Source: an uncultured Elusimicrobia bacterium
Lineage (GTDB): Bacteria; Elusimicrobiota; Elusimicrobia; UBA1565; UBA9628
Reading direction: 5' to 3'
Assembly: GCA_903881545.1 (NCBI GenBank)
Contig: CAIRTQ010000007.1
Coordinates: 8,417 to 72,416, forward strand
DNA: 64,000 bases
In this document: in pieces, positions 47,352 through 55,095 of the stretch
Layout: each line of letters opens with the position of its first letter
How positions within the stretch are numbered: the first letter of the stretch is position 1
Translations under genes and position numbers: made by a program
The notes under the pieces: generated by a model
The model's input: only the letters and a program-made list of their open reading frames with translations
Told to the model about the DNA's origin: nothing
Databases searched by the model: none

Positions 47352-49309
47352 GAAAAAGTCTGATCTATTCGTTGTCGCTTTGCGTTCTGGCGGTCAGCCT
47401 CGCCGGCGCGCAGACAGCCTTGCCCAGCACGGCGACGTACTCCGGCCACGGCGCGGCCAGTGTCTCCAAGGACATTCTGGAAAAGTTCGCGCCCAAGCCT
47501 CTGGCCGACACCCTTTCGCGCAAGATCCAGACCATGCTCGACGTGCGCGCCCCCGGCGCCGGCGCCTTGGCCCCGGACGGCAAGGCTCTTTATTTTAGCT
47601 GGCGCGTCACCGGCGTGCCCCAGGTCTGGCGCATCGACGGCCCCATGCGCTTCCCCATCCAACTGACCGGCGGCCAGGATGCGACCTTGCTCAAGGACAT
47701 CGCGCCGGACGGCAGCTTCCTGGTCATCTCCCGCGACCGCAAGGGCGAGGAGAATCCCGGCCTCTACCTCCAGGACCCGCAAGGCGGGCCGCTTCAGGTC
47801 ATCCAGCACAAGCCCGGCATCCAGACGGAGTTCCAATTCGTCAGCGACGACAGCCGCTGGGTCTATTTCCGCTCCAACGACAAGAAGCTCTACGCCTACG
47901 CCCTCTACCGCTACGACCGCGCCCAGAAGCGCATCGAGGAAGTCTTCACGCAGGACGGGCTCTGGGATATCGCCGACCACAAGGGCGGCCGCCTGCTCCT
48001 GGCAAAGGAAGTCGGCTCCAACATGGCCGAGTTTTACGAACTGGACGAAGCGAGCAAGGCCCTGACGCCCCTGTTCGGGCAGGGCGAGCGCGAGGACTAC
48101 TCGGCCATGTACGGGCCGGGCCAAGGCGAGGTCCTGGTCAACACCCCGCATTTCGGCGAGTTCCGGCGGCTCTACTCTTGGCGGCGCGGCAAGTTCACTC
48201 CCATCTCCCCCGATATCAAGCATGACGTTTCGAACTGGTCCATCGACCACCCGCGCCGGCGGGTCCTCTACACCGTCAATGAAAGCGGCTATACCAGGCT
48301 CCACGCCATTGACGCGCGCATCCACGCGGAACTCAAGCTGCCGGCCTTGCCGTCCGGAGCCGACCATGTCTTCTTCGGCGCGACGACTCAAGATGGGCGG
48401 TTCTCCGTGCTCGCCGTCGATCCCGGGACGCGGCCTCTGGAAAGTTATGTCCTGGATTGGCGCAGCGGAAGTTTGAGCCGCTGGCATGCGGGCAGCGCCC
48501 CGGAGGTGGACCTCTCCGGGTTCGTGCGCGCCAAACTGGAAAGCTACCCCGCCCGCGACGGCACTGCGATCCCGGTCTTCGTGCGGGAGCCTAAGGATTG
48601 CGCCAAGCCCTGCCCCGTCATCGTGGAGTTCCACGGCGGGCCGGAGGGCCAGGCCAAGCCTGGCTTCTCGCCCTACGCGCAGATATTCCTGGACGCAGGC
48701 TTCGTCTTCGTGGAGCCCAACGTGCGCGGCAGCGACGGCTACGGCAAGACCTGGATCCATGCCGACGACGGTCCCAAGCGCCTGAACATCATCACTGATA
48801 TCGAGGACGCGGCCCTCTGGGCGCGCAAGCGTTTCGCCGACAACGGCGTCGCGCCCAAGGTCGGCATCGCCGGCGGCAGCTACGGCGGGTACTCGAGCTT
48901 GGCCGGCATGACCATGTTCGCGGGCGCCTATGACGCGGGCGCGGAAGTGGTGGGCATATCCAACCTGGTCACCTTCCTGCGGAACACCGCGCCGTACCGC
49001 CGCATCCTGAGGGCCAGCGAGTACGGAGACGTGGACAAGGACCGCGAGGCCCTCGTCAAGCTTTCGCCGATCACCTACCTCGACCGGCTCAAGGGGCCGA
49101 TGCTCTTGATCCAGGGCGCCAGCGATCCGCGCGTGCCCGTAGGCGAGGCCCTGCAATTCTACGACGCGCTGCAGGCCCGCGGGGTGGACTCGGAACTGCT
49201 CATCTTCCCCGACGAGGGCCACGGCGCGCAAAAACGCGACAACCGCGTCTTCCAGATCGGCTATACCTTGCGCTTCTTCGAGAAGCACCTGCAAAGCAAG
49301 GCGAGCTAG
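47348..49309 (+). CDS. S9-family serine peptidase (prolyl oligopeptidase/dipeptidyl peptidase-like) with beta-propeller N-domain
   Basis: Signal peptide, GGSYGGY nucleophile elbow, and C-terminal D...H (FPDEGHG). Confidence 0.9.
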   Translation: MRKSLIYSLSLCVLAVSLAGAQTALPSTATYSGHGAASVSKDILEKFAPKPLADTLSRKIQTMLDVRAPGAGALAPDGKALYFSWRVTGVPQVWRIDGPMRFPIQLTGGQDATLLKDIAPDGSFLVISRDRKGEENPGLYLQDPQGGPLQVIQHKPGIQTEFQFVSDDSRWVYFRSNDKKLYAYALYRYDRAQKRIEEVFTQDGLWDIADHKGGRLLLAKEVGSNMAEFYELDEASKALTPLFGQGEREDYSAMYGPGQGEVLVNTPHFGEFRRLYSWRRGKFTPISPDIKHDVSNWSIDHPRRRVLYTVNESGYTRLHAIDARIHAELKLPALPSGADHVFFGATTQDGRFSVLAVDPGTRPLESYVLDWRSGSLSRWHAGSAPEVDLSGFVRAKLESYPARDGTAIPVFVREPKDCAKPCPVIVEFHGGPEGQAKPGFSPYAQIFLDAGFVFVEPNVRGSDGYGKTWIHADDGPKRLNIITDIEDAALWARKRFADNGVAPKVGIAGGSYGGYSSLAGMTMFAGAYDAGAEVVGISNLVTFLRNTAPYRRILRASEYGDVDKDREALVKLSPITYLDRLKGPMLLIQGASDPRVPVGEALQFYDALQARGVDSELLIFPDEGHGAQKRDNRVFQIGYTLRFFEKHLQSKAS

Positions 49310-49398
49310 GCGCTTCCGGGCTGGGCCCAAAGAACCCTGCCTTCAGGGTCCGTCGGCTCATGCGGCGCTTGAGACGGGATTGCTATACTCGAAGCGAC

Positions 49399-50472
49399 AT
49401 GGCGATTCCGGCTCGAGTCTTTGGCCTCGCGCTTCTCCTGCTCGCCGCGGCCTTGCGGCCTGGCGCGGCGCTGGACCCCATGGACATTCCCTTTGACGGC
49501 CCGGGCCTCTCCGCGAGCCGGATCCTCTCCGAGTTGCGCGCCGACATCGCCTCGCCGGCCGGGCGCGCGGCCTTCCCCATCGGGCCCGCGCGGGCGGTCC
49601 GGCCCGTGGTGGTCGCGGTCAGCGGGCTGGCCATGGATGATATCGGGCTCTGCGGGGTGGAACTCAGGGACATCGTCAAGATCTGGAAGGAACTCTTTCC
49701 CAACCAGCCTCCGGACGTGGCGCGCATCAGCCGGGCCCTGGCCGCCTTGCAGGACACTTTGCGCGACGCCGGGGGCGACAAGCCGCGGCCGCAGGACTAC
49801 CTGGCAGAGTCGCTACGCGAGGCGGCGCAAAAATACCGCCTCGATGTGGAGATCGTGGATTTCCCCTGGTCCCGCGACCCCAAGGACTCGGACCGCGCCG
49901 CCGACGAGTTCACGCGGCGCCTGCTGGCACTGCGTGACGGCCCGGCCACGCGCGGCCAGCCCCTCTACATCGTGGCCCATAGCTGGGGCGGGGTCCTCAT
50001 CCATGAGGCCCTCATGCGCCTGGAGCGCCAGGGCCGGCCGGTCGTAGTCGAGCGCCTGGTCACCCTGGGCGCGCCCTTGGTCCCGGACAAGCTCTGGCTC
50101 CGGATATTCAAGAAGATCGGCGGCGGCGAGGCCCACCTGCAAAGCCGCGTGGCCAAGCCGCGCGGCGTGCGGCGCTGGGTGAATTTCTGGGCGGATTTCG
50201 ACCCCGTGTCCAACTCCGTCTCCGCCGCGGACGAGAACGTCCGCGTGGACTTGCCCGCCCGGCCCTACGAGTTCAGGCTCCAGGCCCTGCTGGATACCCC
50301 CGCGCGGCGGGCCGCGCGCAAGGACCTGGCCCTGCTGCGCAGCGCCGGGCTCTGGCACTTTTCATATCTGGACGGGTTTCAGGCCGAGTTCCCCGCGCTC
50401 CACGAATCGGTGTTCTGGAATATCCCGGAGATGGAACTGCCCATCGCCCTGCCGGTCTGGCCCAGGAGTTGA
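49399..50472 (+). CDS. Secreted alpha/beta-hydrolase-like protein (lipase/esterase-type AHSWGG elbow)
   Basis: Signal peptide MAIPARVFGLALLLLAAAL and YIVAHSWGGVL (GxSxG-like). Confidence 0.6.
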   Translation: MAIPARVFGLALLLLAAALRPGAALDPMDIPFDGPGLSASRILSELRADIASPAGRAAFPIGPARAVRPVVVAVSGLAMDDIGLCGVELRDIVKIWKELFPNQPPDVARISRALAALQDTLRDAGGDKPRPQDYLAESLREAAQKYRLDVEIVDFPWSRDPKDSDRAADEFTRRLLALRDGPATRGQPLYIVAHSWGGVLIHEALMRLERQGRPVVVERLVTLGAPLVPDKLWLRIFKKIGGGEAHLQSRVAKPRGVRRWVNFWADFDPVSNSVSAADENVRVDLPARPYEFRLQALLDTPARRAARKDLALLRSAGLWHFSYLDGFQAEFPALHESVFWNIPEMELPIALPVWPRS

Positions 50473-50481
50473 GGCCCAGTT

Positions 50482-51195
50482 ATGAATGACCTTGTGACTA
50501 GTCGCGGACTTCGGGACTGCGCCCTCCTGCTCGGCGCGGCGTTGGCGGCGGCCATCTTGGGGCCGGCCGCGGTCGGCTGGTGGATGGACTTTTCGGACGC
50601 GCCGGTCCGCTCCGACGCCATGGTCGTCCTGGGCGGCAGCTACGAGCGGCCCTTATATGCCGCCGAGCTCTACCGTCGCGGCTTGGCGCCCGAGGTCTGG
50701 CTCAGCCGCCCGTTCCGCGCGCCGGAGGAATCGAGGATCGAGGCCTTGGGCATCCCTCTGTTCGCCGAGGAGAAAGTCAATCGCGCCATCCTGATCAAGT
50801 CAGGCGTCCCGGCGTCCCGTATCCGGTTCTACGGGCAAGGAGTCCTGAGCACCGCGGACGAAGCCCGCTCTTTCGCGCGCGCCTATGACGCCCGGGGCAA
50901 GAAGGTGCTGGTGGTTACCTCGCGCTACCACGCGCGGCGCGCCCGCCTGGAGTTCCGGCGCCTGGTCCTAGCCGACGATGTCCGCGTCGCGGCGCCGCCG
51001 GGCGGCGATTACCGGCATTGGTGGCGCGACCGTCACCTGGCGGAATGCGGAGTCACCGAGGCCATCAAGACCGTGCATTTCTTGCTGGGGGGGATGTTCC
51101 TATCCCAGCCGGCTACGGAAGCCGGTGCGCCGCCGCCAGACAGATCCGGTCCAGAGCCTCGTCTACCGCAGGCCGGTCCAGGTTCGCGCCGTTGA
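50482..51195 (+). CDS. DUF218/YdcF(ElyC)-family protein
   Basis: N-terminal TM helix, DAMVVLGG and VVTSRYHARRA motifs. Confidence 0.8.
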   Translation: MNDLVTSRGLRDCALLLGAALAAAILGPAAVGWWMDFSDAPVRSDAMVVLGGSYERPLYAAELYRRGLAPEVWLSRPFRAPEESRIEALGIPLFAEEKVNRAILIKSGVPASRIRFYGQGVLSTADEARSFARAYDARGKKVLVVTSRYHARRARLEFRRLVLADDVRVAAPPGGDYRHWWRDRHLAECGVTEAIKTVHFLLGGMFLSQPATEAGAPPPDRSGPEPRLPQAGPGSRR

Positions 51196-52531
51196 CCAAT
51201 ATCGCGAAGGCGTAGAGCTTCCCGCTCTTCGATTTGAGATAGCCCGCCAGGTTGCGGGCATTGCCCACGGTGCCGCGCTTGAGGCGCATGCCCGCGGCCA
51301 AAGGGTCCGCCTTCATGCGGCCCTTGGCCGCCCGGTCCACGCCCGGGGCCGCCAAGGACTCGTAGTACACGGTGAAATACGGCGTCGCCCGCATATGGCG
51401 CAGCACGCGCACCAAGCCATCAGCGGTGAAGCGGTCCTGCTCGGACAGGCCGCAGCCGTCGACCAGATGGAACGATGACTCGGCCAGCCCCGCCTCGCGC
51501 AGGAACGCCGCGACCACCCCCAGGCCCGCCTCGAAGCTGCCGCGGCCGGCCGCTTCCTTGCCTAAGGTCCTGAGCAGTTGCTCCGCGTAGAAGTTCTGGC
51601 TGTTCTTGTTGATGATCTTGATGATCTCCGCCAAAGGCTGGGACCGCCAAGTCAGGATGGGGGCCAGGCTCTCCTCGCGCAGGCCCGCGTCCTCCCAGGA
51701 GACGATCTTGCCCACGCGCAGGCCCTTGCGCTTCCAGACGCGGCGCAAGGCCTCGGCCGCGAAGCGCGCCGGGTCATGCACGGAGACGAAATCGCGGTAC
51801 GGCGGGCCCGGCGGGATGTAGCCGAAGAACCGCACCGTGTTGGTCCCGGGCTCGCGGCGATAATCCAAGTGGGGCAGGCCCCGGCCGGTGACGGCTTGGT
51901 TCAAGACTCGGATGTATCCGAAGTCCGGCGTCAGTTTGATGGCCGGCAGGCGCCCTGACCGGCTCGCGGGCCGGACCTCCAGGTCCACGCAGTTGTCGTT
52001 GAAGGAGATGGCCGAGGTCTGCGCCTGGTACCAGTAGGAAAGCTCCTGGTCCGGCCAAGCGGGCACGGTGACCGGGCCCTCGAAATACCGCCCGTCGAGC
52101 ACCAGGCGCTTGACCCGGCGCACCCCCGCGGCGGTCAGCGAGTCGGCCCAGATTTCGAAGATCTCGTCGAGGCTCGCGCGGCCGCGGCCTGAGATGGACG
52201 GGTCGCCCTGGCCGCGCCAGATGAGCGTTGCAAGCGAGCGTTTGCCCTGGTCTTTCTTCTCGGTGAGCAAGATGGTGGTGAAACGGAAATCGGGCTTAAG
52301 CCGCATCAAGGCGGCCGCGGAGGATGCCAGCTTGGCCGTGGAGGCGGGGACCAAGGCCAGGTCGGGATTGCGGGAATAGGCCGCGGTGCCGTCGGCGACC
52401 GCCACGAACTGGGCCCCGACCACAGCGTTGGCGAAAGGCCTTTCGGCGAAGACCGCGTCGGCCTGGTTGGGGAAATCCTGGGCCCGCAGAAGCCCGGCCG
52501 CGGCCAGAGCCAGCCACGCCAGGATGGGCAT
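51113..52531 (-). CDS. dacB: D-alanyl-D-alanine carboxypeptidase/endopeptidase (PBP4, S13 family)
   Basis: Signal peptide, PASTAKL (SxxK), and GCGLS / KRGTV(KTG-like) motifs. 472 aa. Confidence 0.85.
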   Translation of the reverse strand: MPILAWLALAAAGLLRAQDFPNQADAVFAERPFANAVVGAQFVAVADGTAAYSRNPDLALVPASTAKLASSAAALMRLKPDFRFTTILLTEKKDQGKRSLATLIWRGQGDPSISGRGRASLDEIFEIWADSLTAAGVRRVKRLVLDGRYFEGPVTVPAWPDQELSYWYQAQTSAISFNDNCVDLEVRPASRSGRLPAIKLTPDFGYIRVLNQAVTGRGLPHLDYRREPGTNTVRFFGYIPPGPPYRDFVSVHDPARFAAEALRRVWKRKGLRVGKIVSWEDAGLREESLAPILTWRSQPLAEIIKIINKNSQNFYAEQLLRTLGKEAAGRGSFEAGLGVVAAFLREAGLAESSFHLVDGCGLSEQDRFTADGLVRVLRHMRATPYFTVYYESLAAPGVDRAAKGRMKADPLAAGMRLKRGTVGNARNLAGYLKSKSGKLYAFAILVNGANLDRPAVDEALDRICLAAAHRLP

Positions 52532-52536
52532 CGTGC

Positions 52537-53577
52537 TTAACAGATGCGCGGCAACTGCTCGCCGCTGAGCATGTCAAGCGCGCGCTCGACGCCGATGCGG
52601 GTCGTCAGCCGCACCTCGCCGCGGGGCTCGGCTAAGACCTCGCCGATGACCACCGGGGCTGCGCCCGCGTCTTGCAGGGCGGCCAGTGCCCGCTCGCAAT
52701 CGTGCTGCGGCACGAAGGCCGCGAAGCGGCCCTCGCAGGCCATGTAGAGCGGGTCGAGGCCGAACATCTCGCAGGCCCCTGCCACCGCCGGGCGCACCGG
52801 TATGCTGGATTCGTCTGCGCGCACGCAGAGGCCGGCTGTCTGGGCGATCTCGTTTAAAGCCGTGGCCAGGCCGCCGCGGGTCAGGTCGCGCAGACAGTGC
52901 ACGTCGGCCTCGGATTCGAGCAGCGCGCGCACCTGGGGCCACAGGTGGCAGGCGTCGCTCTTAAGCTCGGTCTCGAACTTGAGCCCCTCGCGCACGGAGA
53001 GCACGGCCGCGCCGTGCGCGCCCACGTCGCCGCTGACGATGACGGCGTCGCCGGGCCGCACCCGGTCGGGCCGGATGGGTTGCGCCGCTATCACGCGGCC
53101 CACGCCCGCGGTGTTGAGGTATATCCCGTCGCCCTTGCCGCGCTCGACCACCTTGGTGTCGCCGGTCACGATGCGCAGGCCGATCTCGGCGGCGGCGGCG
53201 GCCATGGAGCGGGCCACTGTCGCCAGGGCTTCCAGGCTCAGGCCTTCCTCCAGGATGCAGCCGCAGCTCAAATACAACGGTTGTGCCCCGCACATGGCCA
53301 GGTCGTTGGCCGTGCCGTGCACGGCTAAAGAGCCGATGTCTCCGCCCGGAAAGAAGATAGGCCGGATGACGAATGAATCCGTGGTGAATGCCAGCCGGTC
53401 CTGGCTGGGGTCGAGGATGGCGCCGTCATGCGCCTCGCGCAAGGCCGGGTCCGGGAAAGCGGCCAGAAAAATATCGCGGATGAGCCGGTGCATCAGCCTC
53501 CCGCCGCTGCCGTGGGCCAAGGTCACGGTGCCGCCCGGCTCGTGCGGGACAGGGCAAGTCAGGCCGGGCTCTTTCAT
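52537..53577 (-). CDS. hypE: Hydrogenase maturation carbamoyl dehydratase HypE
   Basis: AIR-synthase-like fold and the C-terminal PRIC motif. The start MKEPGLTCP directly abuts the hypD stop. Confidence 0.92.
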   Translation of the reverse strand: MKEPGLTCPVPHEPGGTVTLAHGSGGRLMHRLIRDIFLAAFPDPALREAHDGAILDPSQDRLAFTTDSFVIRPIFFPGGDIGSLAVHGTANDLAMCGAQPLYLSCGCILEEGLSLEALATVARSMAAAAAEIGLRIVTGDTKVVERGKGDGIYLNTAGVGRVIAAQPIRPDRVRPGDAVIVSGDVGAHGAAVLSVREGLKFETELKSDACHLWPQVRALLESEADVHCLRDLTRGGLATALNEIAQTAGLCVRADESSIPVRPAVAGACEMFGLDPLYMACEGRFAAFVPQHDCERALAALQDAGAAPVVIGEVLAEPRGEVRLTTRIGVERALDMLSGEQLPRIC

Positions 53578-54677
53578 GCGGAAACCTTCTCCCCGCCGCG
53601 GTGATAGCGATGATACGCGGCGCAGGCGCCTTCGGATGAGACCATGGGCGCTCCCAGCGGATGCTCGGGCGTGCAAAGGGCGCCGAAGGCCGGGCACTCA
53701 TGCGGCTTGCGCAGGCCGCGCAAAACCTCCCCGGCCAGGCAATCCTTGGGCTCCGCGGCCGCGATCTGCGCGACCTCGAATCGTTGTTCCGCGTCGAGAT
53801 CAGCGAAAGCCTCGCGCAGGCGCAGTCCGCTGGCGGGTATGGGGCCGATGCCGCGCCATTGCCTGAGGCAGGGCTCATAGACCTCGTGCAGCAAAGTCTG
53901 GGCCGCGGCATTGCCGCCAGCCCGGACCGAGCGGGCATATTGGTTCTGCACCTCGCACTGCCCGCGTTCCAGTTGACGCACGAGCATGGCCAGGCCTTGG
54001 AGTATGTCGAGCGGCTCGAAGCCGGTCACCACGATGGGCACGCGGTACTTGGCGGCTAAGGGGGCGTATTCAGCACAGCCGGAGATGGTGCAGACGTGGC
54101 CAGCGGCTAAAAAGCCCTGGACCTTGTTGTCAGGAGAGGAGAGGATGGCTTCCATGGCCGGGGGCACCAGCACATGGGCGACGAGCAGGGAGAAATTCTT
54201 CAGCCCCGATCGGCGGGCAAGGCTTGCGGCCATGGCGCTCATGGGCGCGGTGGTTTCAAAGCCTACGGCGAAGAACACCACCTGGCGCTCCGGCGCGCGG
54301 CGGGCCAGCTCGACGGCGTCGAGGGGGGAGTAGACCACGCGCACATCCGCGCCCTGGGCCCGGGCTTCCTGCAGACTGCTTTGCGAGCCGGGCACGCGGA
54401 GCATGTCGCCGAAAGAACAGAAGATGACCTCGGGCTTGCGCGCGATGGCGATGGCGCGGTCGATGAGTTCCAGGGGGGTCACGCAGACCGGACAGCCGGG
54501 GCCGTGCACCAAGGAGATGGTCTTGGGGATGAGCTGGTCGAGGCCGAAGCGGACGATGGCATGGGTCTGTCCGCCGCAGATCTCCATGACGGTCCAGGGG
54601 TTTTTGGCTAGAGTTTGCAGGATGCGGGCATAGCGTTCGGCGGCGCGGCGGTCGCGGTATTCGTCGAGGTATTTCAC
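53574..54677 (-). CDS. hypD: Hydrogenase maturation protein HypD
   Basis: MKYLDEYRD..., [18 protein letters not shown] and FETTAP. Confidence 0.95.
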   Translation of the reverse strand: MKYLDEYRDRRAAERYARILQTLAKNPWTVMEICGGQTHAIVRFGLDQLIPKTISLVHGPGCPVCVTPLELIDRAIAIARKPEVIFCSFGDMLRVPGSQSSLQEARAQGADVRVVYSPLDAVELARRAPERQVVFFAVGFETTAPMSAMAASLARRSGLKNFSLLVAHVLVPPAMEAILSSPDNKVQGFLAAGHVCTISGCAEYAPLAAKYRVPIVVTGFEPLDILQGLAMLVRQLERGQCEVQNQYARSVRAGGNAAAQTLLHEVYEPCLRQWRGIGPIPASGLRLREAFADLDAEQRFEVAQIAAAEPKDCLAGEVLRGLRKPHECPAFGALCTPEHPLGAPMVSSEGACAAYHRYHRGGEKVSA

Positions 54678-54922
54678 TTGGGTTCTGAGGCTACGGCCTG
54701 GTCGAGTTCTTCGAGATATTGGAAAGTTTGGCGGGCCTCTTGTTCGTCAAGGACGCTGATGGCGAAGCCGGCGTGCACGATGACGTAGTCGCCGATCTTT
54801 GCTTCGGGGACGTAGGCGAGGCAGGCTTGCTTGGAGATGCCGTCGAAGTCAATCTTGCCGAAGGGGAGGCCGCCGTCAGAGGAGGAGATGCTGATGAGTT
54901 TGCCGGGGATCGCGAGGCACAT
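54674..54922 (-). CDS. hypC: Hydrogenase maturation chaperone HypC
   Basis: [12 protein letters not shown]. The essential Cys2 fixes the start at 54922 rather than the track TTG at 54943. Confidence 0.9.
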   Translation of the reverse strand: MCLAIPGKLISISSSDGGLPFGKIDFDGISKQACLAYVPEAKIGDYVIVHAGFAISVLDEQEARQTFQYLEELDQAVASEPK

Positions 54923-55060
54923 GGGTTGGTTATAGTTTACCAAAATGGATTATGAATCCGGTGCTCGGATGCGCATTGCCGTGACGAGCGCCCGGCGGCC
55001 GTATGCCGGGCGCAACCCATGGCAGCATTCGTGTCCCGGCAACTTGCTAGAATATGCAGG

Positions 55061-55066
55061 TATAAT
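55061..55066 (+). promoter_or_regulatory. TATAAT box upstream of the SNF2 helicase operon
   Basis: TATAAT lies 29 nt before ATG 55096. There is no good -35 (TTGCTA is only 11 nt away). A second TAGAAT is at 55048-55053. Confidence 0.3.
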
Positions 55067-55095
55067 CTGTCCGATTTGTATCTTGGTCTCGGTTT

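Noticed and set aside
51113-51195. 83-nt convergent overlap between the DUF218 gene and dacB (and a 12-nt overlap of tlpA-like and OPT at 42423-42434).
   Set aside because: This is probably a trivial consequence of Ala/Pro/Gly-rich C-terminal tails running on to the first stop. I see no evidence for a functional antisense arrangement.
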